DNA of 63,306 bases, filler included. It is 5 parts of 5 records of this genome, joined end to end, with 100 filler letters (N's around TTAATTAATTAA, not from the genome) between each part and the next. Parts side by side here need not be neighbours in the genome. Positions count along the whole stretch, not along the records: positions 1 to 18,807 come from DRR723986_4702; positions 18,908 to 32,453 come from DRR723986_4706; 3 more parts are not named here. One strand, given 5' to 3'. Under the pieces are notes generated by a model. It made no database searches, was not told the origin of the DNA, and worked only from the letters and a program-made list of their open reading frames with translations. Each line of letters starts with the position of its first letter. The stretch's first letter is position 1. Positions 10,508-20,459 of this stretch are shown here, piece after piece. The translations under genes were made by a program, and so were the position numbers.

Positions 10508-11512
10508 TCAGGTGGGCATGCGAACCCGGGCGTCGACACGCCTTTCACCATAAGCCCTGTCCTGCGGCATTTGGACTGCCCTCGGGTCGTTGAACAGGAA
10601 TTCGGAGATTCTCGACATCAACCTGATGCGTGTGTGTCTGTTGCCTTCGTGAAATCCGATATCATTAAGCACTCTCACATAGGCTTGGAATGTCGGGTCC
10701 GGGGCGTTGTCCTGCGGTGGCTTGAAATAGAGCTCACCTTGTCCGAACGCAGGCTGATAGCCGAAAAACGCCAGGCCAAGCAGTTCGCGCGCCAGCACAC
10801 GCGGGTTCTGGAATGATGCTTTCCTGTTGGTTTGTCTGTCCGTGTACTGTCCGAAGGTCCAGAACATGCCGGCGTTCCGGTTCATGAACTCCTTCCAGTG
10901 GTTCTTTTGATAGTCCACGGTTCCCTTCACAAGGTGCTCTGCATTTCTCCGGTTGGTCACATGCGGCAGAATCTTCTGCAGTTTCGGGACCTCTTCATCC
11001 AGCAAATCCTCGCCGCACTGACGAAAAAGCCCGGCCTCAGCGGTTTCCAGCGTCAGACTGAAGGTCTTGTGGGCAGTGATCGCACCGATGATGAGTGCAT
11101 CGTTGAGAAGAGGCGTCCACTTCTTTTCACTCAGGATGGCGCCTCCTGTGACGGGCACGGAAGGGATGATATTCCTGTCCGCGTCCTTGTGCGTGCCCTT
11201 GCCTTCGTTGCGGGCTCTTTGTTCCGTCTGGACATGCTTCCTGGTTACGTCTTCCTGGATGCCGCTGGCAGCCGTCACACCGAAGTTTGCGATCAGGTTT
11301 TTGCACATCCGGATACCGGTGCCGCCAAGCAAGGTGTATGGCAATCGGTTATTTGCGGCAGCCCTGTAGAGATTGTAAGCAGCCTGGCAAAACTGGTCCA
11401 TTTTGTCCCGATCCTGCCAGTTGGACCAGCTTTGAACCCACGCGTTGTCGTCCCAGTATCGCTGCCAGTGAGGTTCAACCGCTGCTTTGAAGGCGTCGTA
11501 GTCTGCGTACAT
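10508..11512 (-). CDS. Hypothetical protein (334 aa, no recognised family)
   Basis: Long ORF with natural composition; SD GGAG upstream of MYADYDAF. Confidence 0.8.
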   Translation of the reverse strand: MYADYDAFKAAVEPHWQRYWDDNAWVQSWSNWQDRDKMDQFCQAAYNLYRAAANNRLPYTLLGGTGIRMCKNLIANFGVTAASGIQEDVTRKHVQTEQRARNEGKGTHKDADRNIIPSVPVTGGAILSEKKWTPLLNDALIIGAITAHKTFSLTLETAEAGLFRQCGEDLLDEEVPKLQKILPHVTNRRNAEHLVKGTVDYQKNHWKEFMNRNAGMFWTFGQYTDRQTNRKASFQNPRVLARELLGLAFFGYQPAFGQGELYFKPPQDNAPDPTFQAYVRVLNDIGFHEGNRHTRIRLMSRISEFLFNDPRAVQMPQDRAYGERRVDARVRMPT

Positions 11513-11918
11513 GTTTACGTTCTCCACGATGTGGCCATGCTTGCGGCCGCACAAAAGGGATCAGGCGCACGCTTTGTGTGCCGGTTTCTGTTTCAGGTGT
11601 TGGCTGGCTTTGCTGTGTCACCGGATATTGAGCAGGCGCTTTCGGCTGCGAGCACCCGGCCGCACAAGCTGTTGCGTCTCTGGCAGACAATTTGATGGAA
11701 GAGGGGTCAAATGGCCAGTGACGCCCGTCACTGCGCTCGCATGGGCCTTGAAGTGGCCAACGCTGGGTCCTGTCGAGAAATGGCGAACTCTTGCCGGTCA
11801 TTTCCATACCGAACATTCACTCGACAGGCGGAGCGGGACAAAGCCGGCAATGTCCTGCCGACGGAAGCCAGGGGGCGTCATAAGAACATCAAAAGGTTCG
11901 ATGACCGGCCTCTCAATG

Positions 11919-11948
11919 AATAAGCCCCGCCGGTTGGCGGGGCTTATT
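11919..11948. terminator. Intrinsic terminator downstream of yidC
   Basis: AATAAGCCCCGCC-GGTT-GGCGGGGCTTATT, perfect 13-bp stem. Confidence 0.85.
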
Positions 11949-11971
11949 GTTTTCAGGCAACTGCCAGAGGA

Positions 11972-13792
11972 CTAACTCTTGTCGTCGGGAGCTGGCTTCT
12001 TGCGTTTGAAGAGCGCCCCCAGATTGTCCCAGAGCTCCACCTTGGCTCCCTGACGGCGCATGATCACATACTGCTGCGTCACGGACAGGGTGTTGTTCCA
12101 TGCCCAGTAGATCACCAGACCGGCCGGGAAAGAGGCCAGCATGAAGGTGAAGATCACGGGCATCCAGGTGAAGATCATCTGCTGGGTCGGATCGGGCGGA
12201 GCCGGGTTCATCTTCATCTGGATGAACATGGTGATCCCCATGATCAGCGGCCAGACGCCCAGCATCAGCATCTGCGGCGGATCCCAGGGGATCAGGCCGA
12301 ACAGGTTGAAGATGGTGGTCGGGTCCGGTGCCGAAAGATCCTGGATCCAGCCGAAGAATGGTGCGTGGCGCATTTCGATGGTGACATACAGCACCTTGTA
12401 GAGTGCGAAGAACACCGGGATCTGTACCAGGATCGGTAGACAGCCGGCCAGCGGGTTGATCTTCTCTTTCTTGTAGAGCTCCATCAACGCCTGTTGCTGC
12501 TTCTGCCGGTCGTCGGAATATTTCTCCCGAATTTCCGTCATTTGCGGCTGCACGAGCTTCATCTTGCTCATGGAGACGTAGGACTTGTTGGCCAGCGGGA
12601 AGAAGATCAGCTTGACGATAACGGTGACGACCAGGATGGCGACACCGAAGTTGCCGAACAGGTGGAAGAACCAGTCGATCGCGAAGAACATCGGTTTGGT
12701 GAGGAAGTAGAACCAGCCCCAGTCGATGAGGAGTTCGAACCGTTCGATGCCGAGCGCTTCCTCGTAACCGTCGAGAACCTTGGTTTCCTTGGCGCCGGCA
12801 AACAGATACGAGCTGCTTTCGCCGGTCGAACCGCCTGCAATGGTCACACCGTTGCCGAGATAGTCGGCCTGAAAGACGTCGGTGGTGGCGGAGTGGCTGA
12901 AGCCCGGCTGGAATTCCTGACCCGGGGTCGGTATGAGCGTCGCGGCCCAGTACTTGTCGGTGATGCCGAGCCAGCCCTGGTCGACCTTGGCCGGCCGGAT
13001 GGAGCTTTCTTCCATCAGATCGTCGTAATCGACTTCCTTGAGGCCTTCCGCGCCGAAGACGCCGAGCAGACCTTCATGGAGAATGTAGATACCCTTGGTT
13101 TCCGGCATGCCCTTTCGAGCGATCAGGCCGTAGGGATAGAGCGTTACCGCGTCGGCGCCAGTGTTTTCGACCGCCTGATTGACGGTGAACATGTAGTTGT
13201 CGTCGACAGAGAAGGTGCGCTTGAAAGTGAGGCCCGCACCATTGTCCCAGGACAGTGTCACGGGTGTCGACGGGGTCAGCGTCGTCTCGCCGTCGATGGA
13301 CCAGATGGTATCCGGGCCGGGCAGGGCGATGTTCGAACCCGGATCGCCGACCCAGCCGTAATCAGCGTAGTAGGGCTTGGGGCTGCCGGACGGTGAGAAC
13401 AGCACGATGGTTGGGCTGCTCTTGTCGACGGTCTCGTGATAGTCCTTCAGCCGTATATCGTCGAGGCGGCCGCCTTTCAGATTGAGCGACCCTTCAAGGC
13501 TGGGCGTATCGATGGTCACGCGCTGGGAAGCGGCAAGCGCAGTATCCCGGTTGGCAAAGGCGGCCTGTTGCCCGGCCGCCGGTGCCGCGGTGTTGGCGCC
13601 CTGCGAACCGGTCGGTTGCGGTGCATCCGGGTTTGTTGTGCCGGTCGCGGCCTTTTGAGCGGCCTCCTGCTGGGCCTGAAGTTCGGCCTGCTGGCGTTCC
13701 AACTGAGGCGCGGCAACGAAATATTGCCAGCCGAGCAGAACAATCAGGGACAGAACGATCGCGAGAATCGTGTTGCGGTTTTCAGAAATCAA
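11972..13792 (-). CDS. yidC: Membrane protein insertase YidC
   Basis: [38 protein letters not shown] and [10 protein letters not shown] motifs; rpmH-rnpA-yidC synteny. Confidence 0.98.
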   Translation of the reverse strand: MISENRNTILAIVLSLIVLLGWQYFVAAPQLERQQAELQAQQEAAQKAATGTTNPDAPQPTGSQGANTAAPAAGQQAAFANRDTALAASQRVTIDTPSLEGSLNLKGGRLDDIRLKDYHETVDKSSPTIVLFSPSGSPKPYYADYGWVGDPGSNIALPGPDTIWSIDGETTLTPSTPVTLSWDNGAGLTFKRTFSVDDNYMFTVNQAVENTGADAVTLYPYGLIARKGMPETKGIYILHEGLLGVFGAEGLKEVDYDDLMEESSIRPAKVDQGWLGITDKYWAATLIPTPGQEFQPGFSHSATTDVFQADYLGNGVTIAGGSTGESSSYLFAGAKETKVLDGYEEALGIERFELLIDWGWFYFLTKPMFFAIDWFFHLFGNFGVAILVVTVIVKLIFFPLANKSYVSMSKMKLVQPQMTEIREKYSDDRQKQQQALMELYKKEKINPLAGCLPILVQIPVFFALYKVLYVTIEMRHAPFFGWIQDLSAPDPTTIFNLFGLIPWDPPQMLMLGVWPLIMGITMFIQMKMNPAPPDPTQQMIFTWMPVIFTFMLASFPAGLVIYWAWNNTLSVTQQYVIMRRQGAKVELWDNLGALFKRKKPAPDDKS

Positions 13793-14199
13793 CTGGATTT
13801 ACCCCTGTTTCCTGCGCTGTTTCGATTGGGCTGCGAGCCCTGCCGGCGCGGTTTTCCCCGTCCGCGCGGCGTTTGCGGATCCAGCACCTGGCTCAGGCCA
13901 GACTTAAGGTCTGCAACGATTTTTTCAAAGGGAAGAGTGAGTGCGCTGTCGCGAGCGACAAGCACGAAATCCGCCTTTTGCGGGATATCTTCGGGCGCAA
14001 GTTCGGCCACGGCGGCTCGAAGCCTCCGCTTTATGCGGCTGCGCATAACCGAATTGCCGGTTTTCTTGGTAACCGTGTAGCCAACCCGCGACGCGTCGTC
14101 GCTGTCGCGGTTCAAGCCCTGAACGACAAAAGCGCGCCGGCCCAGCCGGCCGCCTTTGGCGACCGCCAGGAATTCGGAGCGCTTTTTCAAAGTGTCCAT
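13789..14199 (-). CDS. rnpA: Ribonuclease P protein component
   Basis: LKKRSEFL and [24 protein letters not shown]; start at MDTLKK. Confidence 0.95.
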   Translation of the reverse strand: MDTLKKRSEFLAVAKGGRLGRRAFVVQGLNRDSDDASRVGYTVTKKTGNSVMRSRIKRRLRAAVAELAPEDIPQKADFVLVARDSALTLPFEKIVADLKSGLSQVLDPQTPRGRGKPRRQGSQPNRNSAGNRGKSS

Positions 14200-14258
14200 A
14201 GCGGCGGATTGGTGTTGGCAGTCGCCGCCAACCCGGCGCACTGCGGGCTGGTCGCCGA

Positions 14259-14393
14259 TTAGGCGCTGAGGCTCTTGCGACCCTTCGCGCGGCGACGAGC
14301 AAGCACCTGACGGCCATTCTTGGTGGCCATACGTGCGCGGAAGCCGTGGCGACGCTTGCGGACAAGACGGCTCGGTTGATACGTACGCTTCAT
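14259..14393 (-). CDS. rpmH: 50S ribosomal protein L34 (missed by the ORF track)
   Basis: Manual translation [44 protein letters not shown]. Confidence 0.98.
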   Translation of the reverse strand: MKRTYQPSRLVRKRRHGFRARMATKNGRQVLARRRAKGRKSLSA

Positions 14394-14718
14394 TGTTCTT
14401 CCCCGCGCGGCTAAGAGCGCGGCCCTTGTTCATTTTTTAAATTCTTTGGAGGAAGCACCCGAAGCGCCATGAAGAGCGCGGCTTTTCCAGCCTTGGGTCC
14501 GAATGCATGTCCCGGTCGAGCGCGCTTATAAGGGCCATGCCGCCTCAAGTCAACTTTGCACGCCTAAGATTCTGCGTTTTCCTTTCGATCACGCACAGGT
14601 GAACCTGAAACGGGCAAGCGTCACTTATCAGTGAAGCACAGTTCTTTTTACGAGGTTTAAGGTACATCTGCCTATCAGAACAAAAAAGCAGGGCGCCCCT
14701 GCGACAAGAAGCGAGCTG

Positions 14719-15540
14719 ATGGAAGAGTGGATGCTGGGTGACGAGGCCAACAGGATGACGCCGCCGAAGGACACGGGGCAGACCGGCGGAAAGACGCAGG
14801 AACGCACGGCAGCCGAAAGGCTCAGAAAGTGGCTTCCACTGGCGGTTCTCGCAGGCCTGATGGTGCTCGGATTCGCGCTTGGCCTGCACAAGCAGCTGAC
14901 CTTGTCGAACCTCATCATGCAGCGGCAGGACCTTGCCGGTTACGTCGAGCAGAACCTGGTGCTCGCCATTCTCGCCTATGTGGCCATCTATACCGTGGCG
15001 GTCGCCCTGTCGTTTCCCGGGGCATCCTTGCTGACCATCGCGGGCGGTTTTCTGTTTGGCTGGGTAATTGGCGGTTTCGCAACGGTTCTGGGCGCGACGA
15101 TCGGCGCCTGCGCCGTCTTTCTTGTTGCAAGATCCTCCTTCGGTGAGGTGCTCACCAATCAGGCCGGCCCCTTCCTTGCCCGTCTGGCCGAAGGGTTTCG
15201 CAAGGATGCGTTTCACTACCTCCTGTTCCTGCGGCTGACACCGGTATTCCCTTTCTGGCTGGTCAACATCGCCCCGGCAATCTTCAAGATGCCGTTGCCC
15301 TCCTACACGGTTGCCACTTTTGTCGGCATCATTCCAGGCACCTTTGCCTTCACCTTCATCGGTTCCGGCCTCGACAGTGTCATCGCGGCACAGGAAGCCG
15401 CCAACCCCGGCTGCGCGGCGTCCGGAACCTGCCAGATCGACGTTGCTGCCCTGGTAACACCACAGCTGCTGGCGGCGTTTTTTGCGCTCGGAATCGCCAG
15501 CCTCATTCCGGTGATCTTGAAAAAAGTCCGCAATCGTTAA
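14719..15540 (+). CDS. TVP38/TMEM64 (DedA/SNARE-associated) membrane protein
   Basis: SFPGASLLTIAGGFLFG, LFLRLTPVFPFWLVN and TFVGIIPG motifs. Confidence 0.9.
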   Translation: MEEWMLGDEANRMTPPKDTGQTGGKTQERTAAERLRKWLPLAVLAGLMVLGFALGLHKQLTLSNLIMQRQDLAGYVEQNLVLAILAYVAIYTVAVALSFPGASLLTIAGGFLFGWVIGGFATVLGATIGACAVFLVARSSFGEVLTNQAGPFLARLAEGFRKDAFHYLLFLRLTPVFPFWLVNIAPAIFKMPLPSYTVATFVGIIPGTFAFTFIGSGLDSVIAAQEAANPGCAASGTCQIDVAALVTPQLLAAFFALGIASLIPVILKKVRNR

Positions 15541-15576
15541 ACTTTCCGCCAGTTTCCTGCCGAATCGGAGCCCGTC

Positions 15577-17007
15577 ATGGCCAATTTGCTGACCCCGGAC
15601 ATTTGCGTGATTGGCGCAGGCTCTGCCGGCCTGTCCGTTGCCGCGGCCGCGGCGGCCTTTGGCGTCGAGGTGGTGCTGATTGAAAAGGGGCTCATGGGCG
15701 GCGATTGCCTCAACTACGGCTGTGTGCCCTCCAAGGCGCTTCTGGCCGCCGCCAGGGCCGCGCATACGCAGGAAGCTGCGAGCCGGTTCGGAGTGCATGG
15801 CGACAAGCCGAAAGTCGATTTTTCCGAAGCGAACGATCATGTCCGCAAGGTCATCGCCGCCATCGAGCCACATGATTCCCAGGAACGCTTCGAAGGCCTC
15901 GGCGTCACCGTCCTGCGCGAGCCGGCAAGGTTCACCGGATCCGATGAGGTGTTGGCCGGTGCAGTACGTATCAAGGCCCGGCGTTTTGTCATCGCAACGG
16001 GTTCCTCCGCTTTCGTTCCGCCTATTCCAGGCCTCCAGGACGTTCCCTATCTCACCAACGAAACCCTTTTCCAGTTGCGCGATCGACCGGAGCATCTGGC
16101 AATTATCGGCGGCGGGCCAATCGGTCTTGAAATGGCGCAGGCCCACCGGCGTCTCGGTTCGAAAGTCACCGTGTTCGAAGCCCAGAAGGCTCTTGGCAAG
16201 GACGATCCGGAACTGGCGGGGGTGGTGCTGGATACTCTGCGTGCCGAAGGCATCGACATTCTGGAACAGACGGCGGTCGAAAAGGTCGGGCGATCCGGTG
16301 CGGGGCTTGTGATCAGTGCGAAGGGGGCGGATGGAAAGTCGGTGACGGTGGAGGCCTCTCATCTGCTGGTGGCGACCGGCCGTGCGCCCAACGTCGACGG
16401 TCTCGGCCTGAAAGAAGCCGGCATCGATCATGACCGCAAAGGCATTGCGGTCGACAAGGGTTTGCGAACGAGCAACCGGCGCGTCTATGCCATTGGCGAC
16501 GTTGCCGGCGGTCTGCAGTTTACGCATGTCGCCGGCTATCAGGCTGGTCTTGCGATTCGCTCCATCCTGTTCCGGCTGCCGGTCTCCATGACCAGCGACA
16601 TTGTGCCGTGGGTTACCTACACATCGCCGGAACTTGGTCATGTCGGCCTGAGCGAAGCCGAGGCTCGCTCACGCTATGGCAACAAAATCAAGGTGCTGAC
16701 GGCGGACTATTCCGGCAATGACAGAGCGCAGGCAGAAGGCCTCACGAAGGGCCGCCTGAAGCTGATTGCCGGCCCGCGCGGCAGGCTGCTTGGCGCGGAT
16801 ATCGCAGGTGCCCAGGCCGGGGAGGTCATCAATCTTCTGTCGCTCGCCCTGTCGAAGAAGATGACCATGAAGGACCTTGCCGGGTTCATCGCGCCCTATC
16901 CGACACTGGGTGAACTCGTGCGCCGTGCGGCAATTTCTTACTATGCGGAAGCGCCCAAAAATGCTTGGCTGCGCAAAGCGATCGGTTTCCTGCGTCTGTT
17001 CGGGTGA
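15577..17007 (+). CDS. Pyridine nucleotide-disulfide oxidoreductase (Lpd/MerA-like)
   Basis: GAGSAG, redox GGDCLNYGCVPSK and GGGPIGLE motifs; C-terminal PYPTLGE. Confidence 0.9.
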   Translation: MANLLTPDICVIGAGSAGLSVAAAAAAFGVEVVLIEKGLMGGDCLNYGCVPSKALLAAARAAHTQEAASRFGVHGDKPKVDFSEANDHVRKVIAAIEPHDSQERFEGLGVTVLREPARFTGSDEVLAGAVRIKARRFVIATGSSAFVPPIPGLQDVPYLTNETLFQLRDRPEHLAIIGGGPIGLEMAQAHRRLGSKVTVFEAQKALGKDDPELAGVVLDTLRAEGIDILEQTAVEKVGRSGAGLVISAKGADGKSVTVEASHLLVATGRAPNVDGLGLKEAGIDHDRKGIAVDKGLRTSNRRVYAIGDVAGGLQFTHVAGYQAGLAIRSILFRLPVSMTSDIVPWVTYTSPELGHVGLSEAEARSRYGNKIKVLTADYSGNDRAQAEGLTKGRLKLIAGPRGRLLGADIAGAQAGEVINLLSLALSKKMTMKDLAGFIAPYPTLGELVRRAAISYYAEAPKNAWLRKAIGFLRLFG

Positions 17008-17089
17008 CCGCTGGTGCCGTCTGCTTTAGAGAAGCTGTGATACCATCGCTGATGCGGGGCCGGGGCCTTGGGATTTGGAAAGACGTGAC

Positions 17090-18562
17090 ATGAAACATGA
17101 GGGCGCGCCGCAAGGATCGGCTGTCCCGCAAGAACCCGCCGCCACGCCCGCTTCTCCCGGCGATGGCTTCGGGCATTATCGATTTGGCGGCCTGTCGGGC
17201 AAACTGCTGTTGATGACGGTGCTTTTCGTGATGCTCGCGGAAATCCTCATCTATGTGCCCTCGATCGCCAATTTTCGGAACACCTGGCTTACCGACCGGC
17301 TGACCACGGCAGGTGTCGCGGCCTCTGTGCTTGCGGAAACCAACACCATCGCCCCGCGTCTTCAGGAAGAATTGCTGCGCACGACCGGTGCGCTCGCGAT
17401 TTCCCTCGACGAAGGCTCGCGGCGCAGCCTGATCGCCATGAGCAATGTGCCGGGCGAGATGGACTTCGTTGTCGACATGGCCGAAGTCACCCCCTGGTCG
17501 GCCATCCTGCACAGTTTCGAGATCCTCACCTATCGCGGCGACGGCGCCATGCGCATCATCGGTGTCGGCCAGATGGGCCATACCGAGCATGTCGATGTGG
17601 TCCTGCCCGTACGCCTTCTGCAACAGGACATGCTGGCCTTCTCCGGCCGCATTCTTGCACTGTCGCTGGTGATCTCGATCATCACCGCCAGCCTTGTCTA
17701 CATCACCCTCAGGGCATTGTTCATCCGGCCGTTGCGCCGCCTGACGCGCTCCATGGAGCGGTTTGCCGAAAGCCCGGAAGACACCTCGCGTATCATGTCG
17801 ATTTCCGGCCGCCGCGACGAGCTCGGCGACGCCGAAATCCGTCTGGCAGGCATGGAGGAGGCTCTTTCAAGGGCGCTTCATCAAAAGCAGAGGCTTGCTG
17901 ACCTCGGTCTGGCTGTTTCCAAGATCAATCACGACCTCCGCAACCTGCTGGCCTCTGCGCAGCTGTTTCTGGAGCGCCTGGAGCATGTGCCGGACCCGAC
18001 GGTCAAGCGCCTTGCCCCCAAGATCCTGGCAACGCTCGACAGGGCGGTCGGTTACACGCAGGCGGTGATGTCCTACGGCAAGGCCCAGGAACGGGCACCG
18101 CAACGCCGTCTGTTGGCGCTGAAGCGTGTCGGTGACGACGTGGCGGACGTGCTGGGTCTCGTGGATCATGCCACGGTGCGTTTCGACAACAAGGTCCCGG
18201 TGGAAATCGAGATCGACGCCGATCCGGAACAGATCTTCCGTGTGATGCTCAATCTCGTCCGCAATGCCTTTCAGGCGCTGGAGGCGGAAAAGGACGAAAC
18301 GCTGGTCCGCCGGATCACCATCGAGGCCGAGCGTGAGGGCACTTGCGTCCGCGTCCGGGTTTCCGACACGGGGCCGGGCATTCCGGAGAATATCCGCAAG
18401 GCACTGTTCAGGGCTTTCCACAGCGGTTCGAAAAACGGCGGCGTCGGTCTCGGGCTGGCGATTGTCGCCGAATTGCTCAAGGCGCATGGCGGATCGGTGC
18501 GGCTGGAAGACAACCGGACCGGCACGTGTTTCTGTTTCGAGGTTCCCGACCGCAAGCCATGA
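17090..18562 (+). CDS. HAMP-domain sensor histidine kinase
   Basis: Two TMs, HAMP (RPLRRL...RDELG), H-box INHDLRN, N-box NLVRNA, DTGPG and GVGLGL. Confidence 0.92.
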   Translation: MKHEGAPQGSAVPQEPAATPASPGDGFGHYRFGGLSGKLLLMTVLFVMLAEILIYVPSIANFRNTWLTDRLTTAGVAASVLAETNTIAPRLQEELLRTTGALAISLDEGSRRSLIAMSNVPGEMDFVVDMAEVTPWSAILHSFEILTYRGDGAMRIIGVGQMGHTEHVDVVLPVRLLQQDMLAFSGRILALSLVISIITASLVYITLRALFIRPLRRLTRSMERFAESPEDTSRIMSISGRRDELGDAEIRLAGMEEALSRALHQKQRLADLGLAVSKINHDLRNLLASAQLFLERLEHVPDPTVKRLAPKILATLDRAVGYTQAVMSYGKAQERAPQRRLLALKRVGDDVADVLGLVDHATVRFDNKVPVEIEIDADPEQIFRVMLNLVRNAFQALEAEKDETLVRRITIEAEREGTCVRVRVSDTGPGIPENIRKALFRAFHSGSKNGGVGLGLAIVAELLKAHGGSVRLEDNRTGTCFCFEVPDRKP

Positions 18563-18777
18563 GCGGGAAGGGCGATCTTATTCACCGCTAAGTCTCGAGG
18601 AGTTCTGGGGCTTTCCGAACTGTGTGACAGTTCTTTGAAAAAAAGTTCAAAAAGGTTCTTGCAATCCCCATCGGACCGCAGTAGGTAAGCGCCCTGTCCG
18701 GGGCACACGACACGCCCCGCAGCGCCAAGACCGGTCATCGGCAGGTTCAACCGAGATGACAAGATCTTCGCAAATAC

Positions 18778-18807
18778 GCACCGGTAGCTCAGCTGGATAG
18801 AGCACCA
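18778..18807 (+). tRNA. tRNA-Arg (probably ACG), 5' fragment truncated by contig end
   Basis: GCACCGGTAGCTCAGCTGGATAGAGCACCA matches the acceptor and D arms of alphaproteobacterial tRNA-Arg; anticodon not visible. Confidence 0.85.
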
Positions 18808-18907
18808 NNNNNNNNNNNNNNNNNNNNNNNNNNNNNNNNNNNNNNNNNNNNTTAATTAATTAANNNNNNNNNNNNNNNNNNNNNNNNNNNNNNNNNNNNN
18901 NNNNNNN
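18808..18907. other. Artificial contig spacer
   Basis: 44 N + TTAATTAATTAA (stops in all frames) + 44 N. Confidence 0.99.
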
Positions 18908-19062
18908 CCGCGCCGCCGCTCTCGCCGAGTGGCGCGGCCTCTGCGCGGCAAAACGATCGGTTCCCCTGTCCTTGTAAAGACTGGTTCGAATTCATCTGGC
19001 AGCACCAAGCCGGGCGTTGTTTGAGTCATCTTCGCTGCTTCCGAATTGACCGCGACAGCCCC

Positions 19063-20355
19063 CTATGACGGGCCAGAGTGGAAATGAGCGCAGGCCTCCA
19101 TCGCGCAGGTAATTGCTTCTTCTGTATTGGCAATATCCGCCGAGCTATGCGCGAGTGAGCTATAGAATTTCATAGGAGCCTTCAGAATACCGTCACGCCG
19201 GAGAGACGCGTTGAAAACTCTTTGAAAATCGGAGTTGGCCCGCAGGGTATCGCGGTAGTCTTTTACCGGCCCGGCAGCAAACACGATATCAAATAGCACC
19301 GGGTCGCCAACGACCGTCGCGGTCAGGCCCGCGTTACTGGCTGTGCGCTCCAAAGACGTCATTAATTGGCGGCCTGTCTGTCGCAGCGCATCATATGCCC
19401 CATCCCGTTTCAGAATCTCCAGCGTCTTTAGACCTGCCGCTGCCGCGACAGGGTTACCGCTGAGGGTGCCGACCTGAAACGTGAATTTGTCTTGCCCTAC
19501 TTTTTCGAGATCGAAATGCGCCATCACGTCGGTGGTGCCCGCGATCGCGGCAAGCGGGAAACCTCCTCCGATCACTTTTCCCAATGTGCAAAGATCAGGG
19601 GTAACACCATAGAGTTCCTGCCCTCCGCCCAGTGCCAGCCTGAAGCCCGTAACAACCTCGTCAAAGATCAAGACAATCCCATGACGGGTCGTCTCCTCGC
19701 GCAGCGCTTCAAGAAACCCCGGGGCAGGTGGAATAAGGCGTTGAAGGGGTTCGACAATGACGCCTGCTAGTTGATCAGCATATTCTGCAATGATCTCGCG
19801 GGCGAAGGGAATGTCATTGAAGGGAGCCACAATCACGCCATCGCGCGTGGCCTGCGTGATACCTGCGGAATCCGGCACAGGTTGCGGGAAATTTGCGAGG
19901 TTCTGGGGGGCCATGCTCATCAAGGCTTCGCCCGACATGCCATGATACCCTCCTTCAAACTTCAGGATCAGATCGCGCCCGGTATGCGCGCGTGCAAGGC
20001 GCATGGCGTACATGTCGGCCTCTGATCCGGTTGAAACGTAACGCAGCTGATCTGCACAGGGCACCGCATCGCAAATGACCTCTGCCAGTTCGATACCCGC
20101 AGCGTTGGAGGTGAAGAAGGTCACGCCATCCGCCAGTTGGGCCTCCACCGCCTCCATGACCTCGGGATGGTTATGGCCCACCAGCATCGGGCCTGAACCG
20201 ATCAGAAAATCGACATATTCTTTGCCGTCTTCGTCCCAGACACGTGAGCCTCGCCCTCTTTTGAGCACGACGCTTGGATCGTAGTTTCCAAACCCTCCGG
20301 CGGGCAGCACCTTTTGCGCCCTTTCGCGCCACTGTTCCTGCTTTGACTGTGTCAT
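19063..20355 (-). CDS. Class III PLP aminotransferase (GSA-aminomutase-like)
   Basis: VWDEDGKEYVD, FEGGYHG, LIFDEVVTGFR, catalytic Lys in TLGKVIGGG, GTLSGNP. Confidence 0.9.
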   Translation of the reverse strand: MTQSKQEQWRERAQKVLPAGGFGNYDPSVVLKRGRGSRVWDEDGKEYVDFLIGSGPMLVGHNHPEVMEAVEAQLADGVTFFTSNAAGIELAEVICDAVPCADQLRYVSTGSEADMYAMRLARAHTGRDLILKFEGGYHGMSGEALMSMAPQNLANFPQPVPDSAGITQATRDGVIVAPFNDIPFAREIIAEYADQLAGVIVEPLQRLIPPAPGFLEALREETTRHGIVLIFDEVVTGFRLALGGGQELYGVTPDLCTLGKVIGGGFPLAAIAGTTDVMAHFDLEKVGQDKFTFQVGTLSGNPVAAAAGLKTLEILKRDGAYDALRQTGRQLMTSLERTASNAGLTATVVGDPVLFDIVFAAGPVKDYRDTLRANSDFQRVFNASLRRDGILKAPMKFYSSLAHSSADIANTEEAITCAMEACAHFHSGPS

Positions 20356-20436
20356 GGCGGCCCCTGTTTTTCAGTTTCTGGCGAAAGTTTCGGCTTGACC
20401 GGGGATGAAGATCAATAAAGAAAATCAGGTAGTTTG

Positions 20437-20450
20437 GTGAATTTTTCTCA
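20437..20450. promoter_or_regulatory. LysR/MetR-type box, copy 1
   Basis: GTGAATTTTTCTCA (T-N11-A, TGA-N7-TCA); exact reverse complement of 26524-26537. Confidence 0.7.
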
Positions 20451-20459
20451 GGTTAAGAT

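Noticed and set aside
13789-14433. 214-aa N-terminally extended RnpA
   Set aside because: The extension overlaps rpmH in another frame; the family-typical start is ATG at 14199
14545-16641. 698-aa minus-strand ORF
   Set aside because: Antisense shadow of the TVP38 and oxidoreductase genes; no motifs
15577-17007. merA or lpdA assignment
   Set aside because: No C-terminal Cys-Cys or mer genes; no His-Glu dyad or 2-oxoacid dehydrogenase context
19063-20355. hemL assignment
   Set aside because: Only family-level similarity; catabolic context, and alphaproteobacteria generally make ALA by the C4 route
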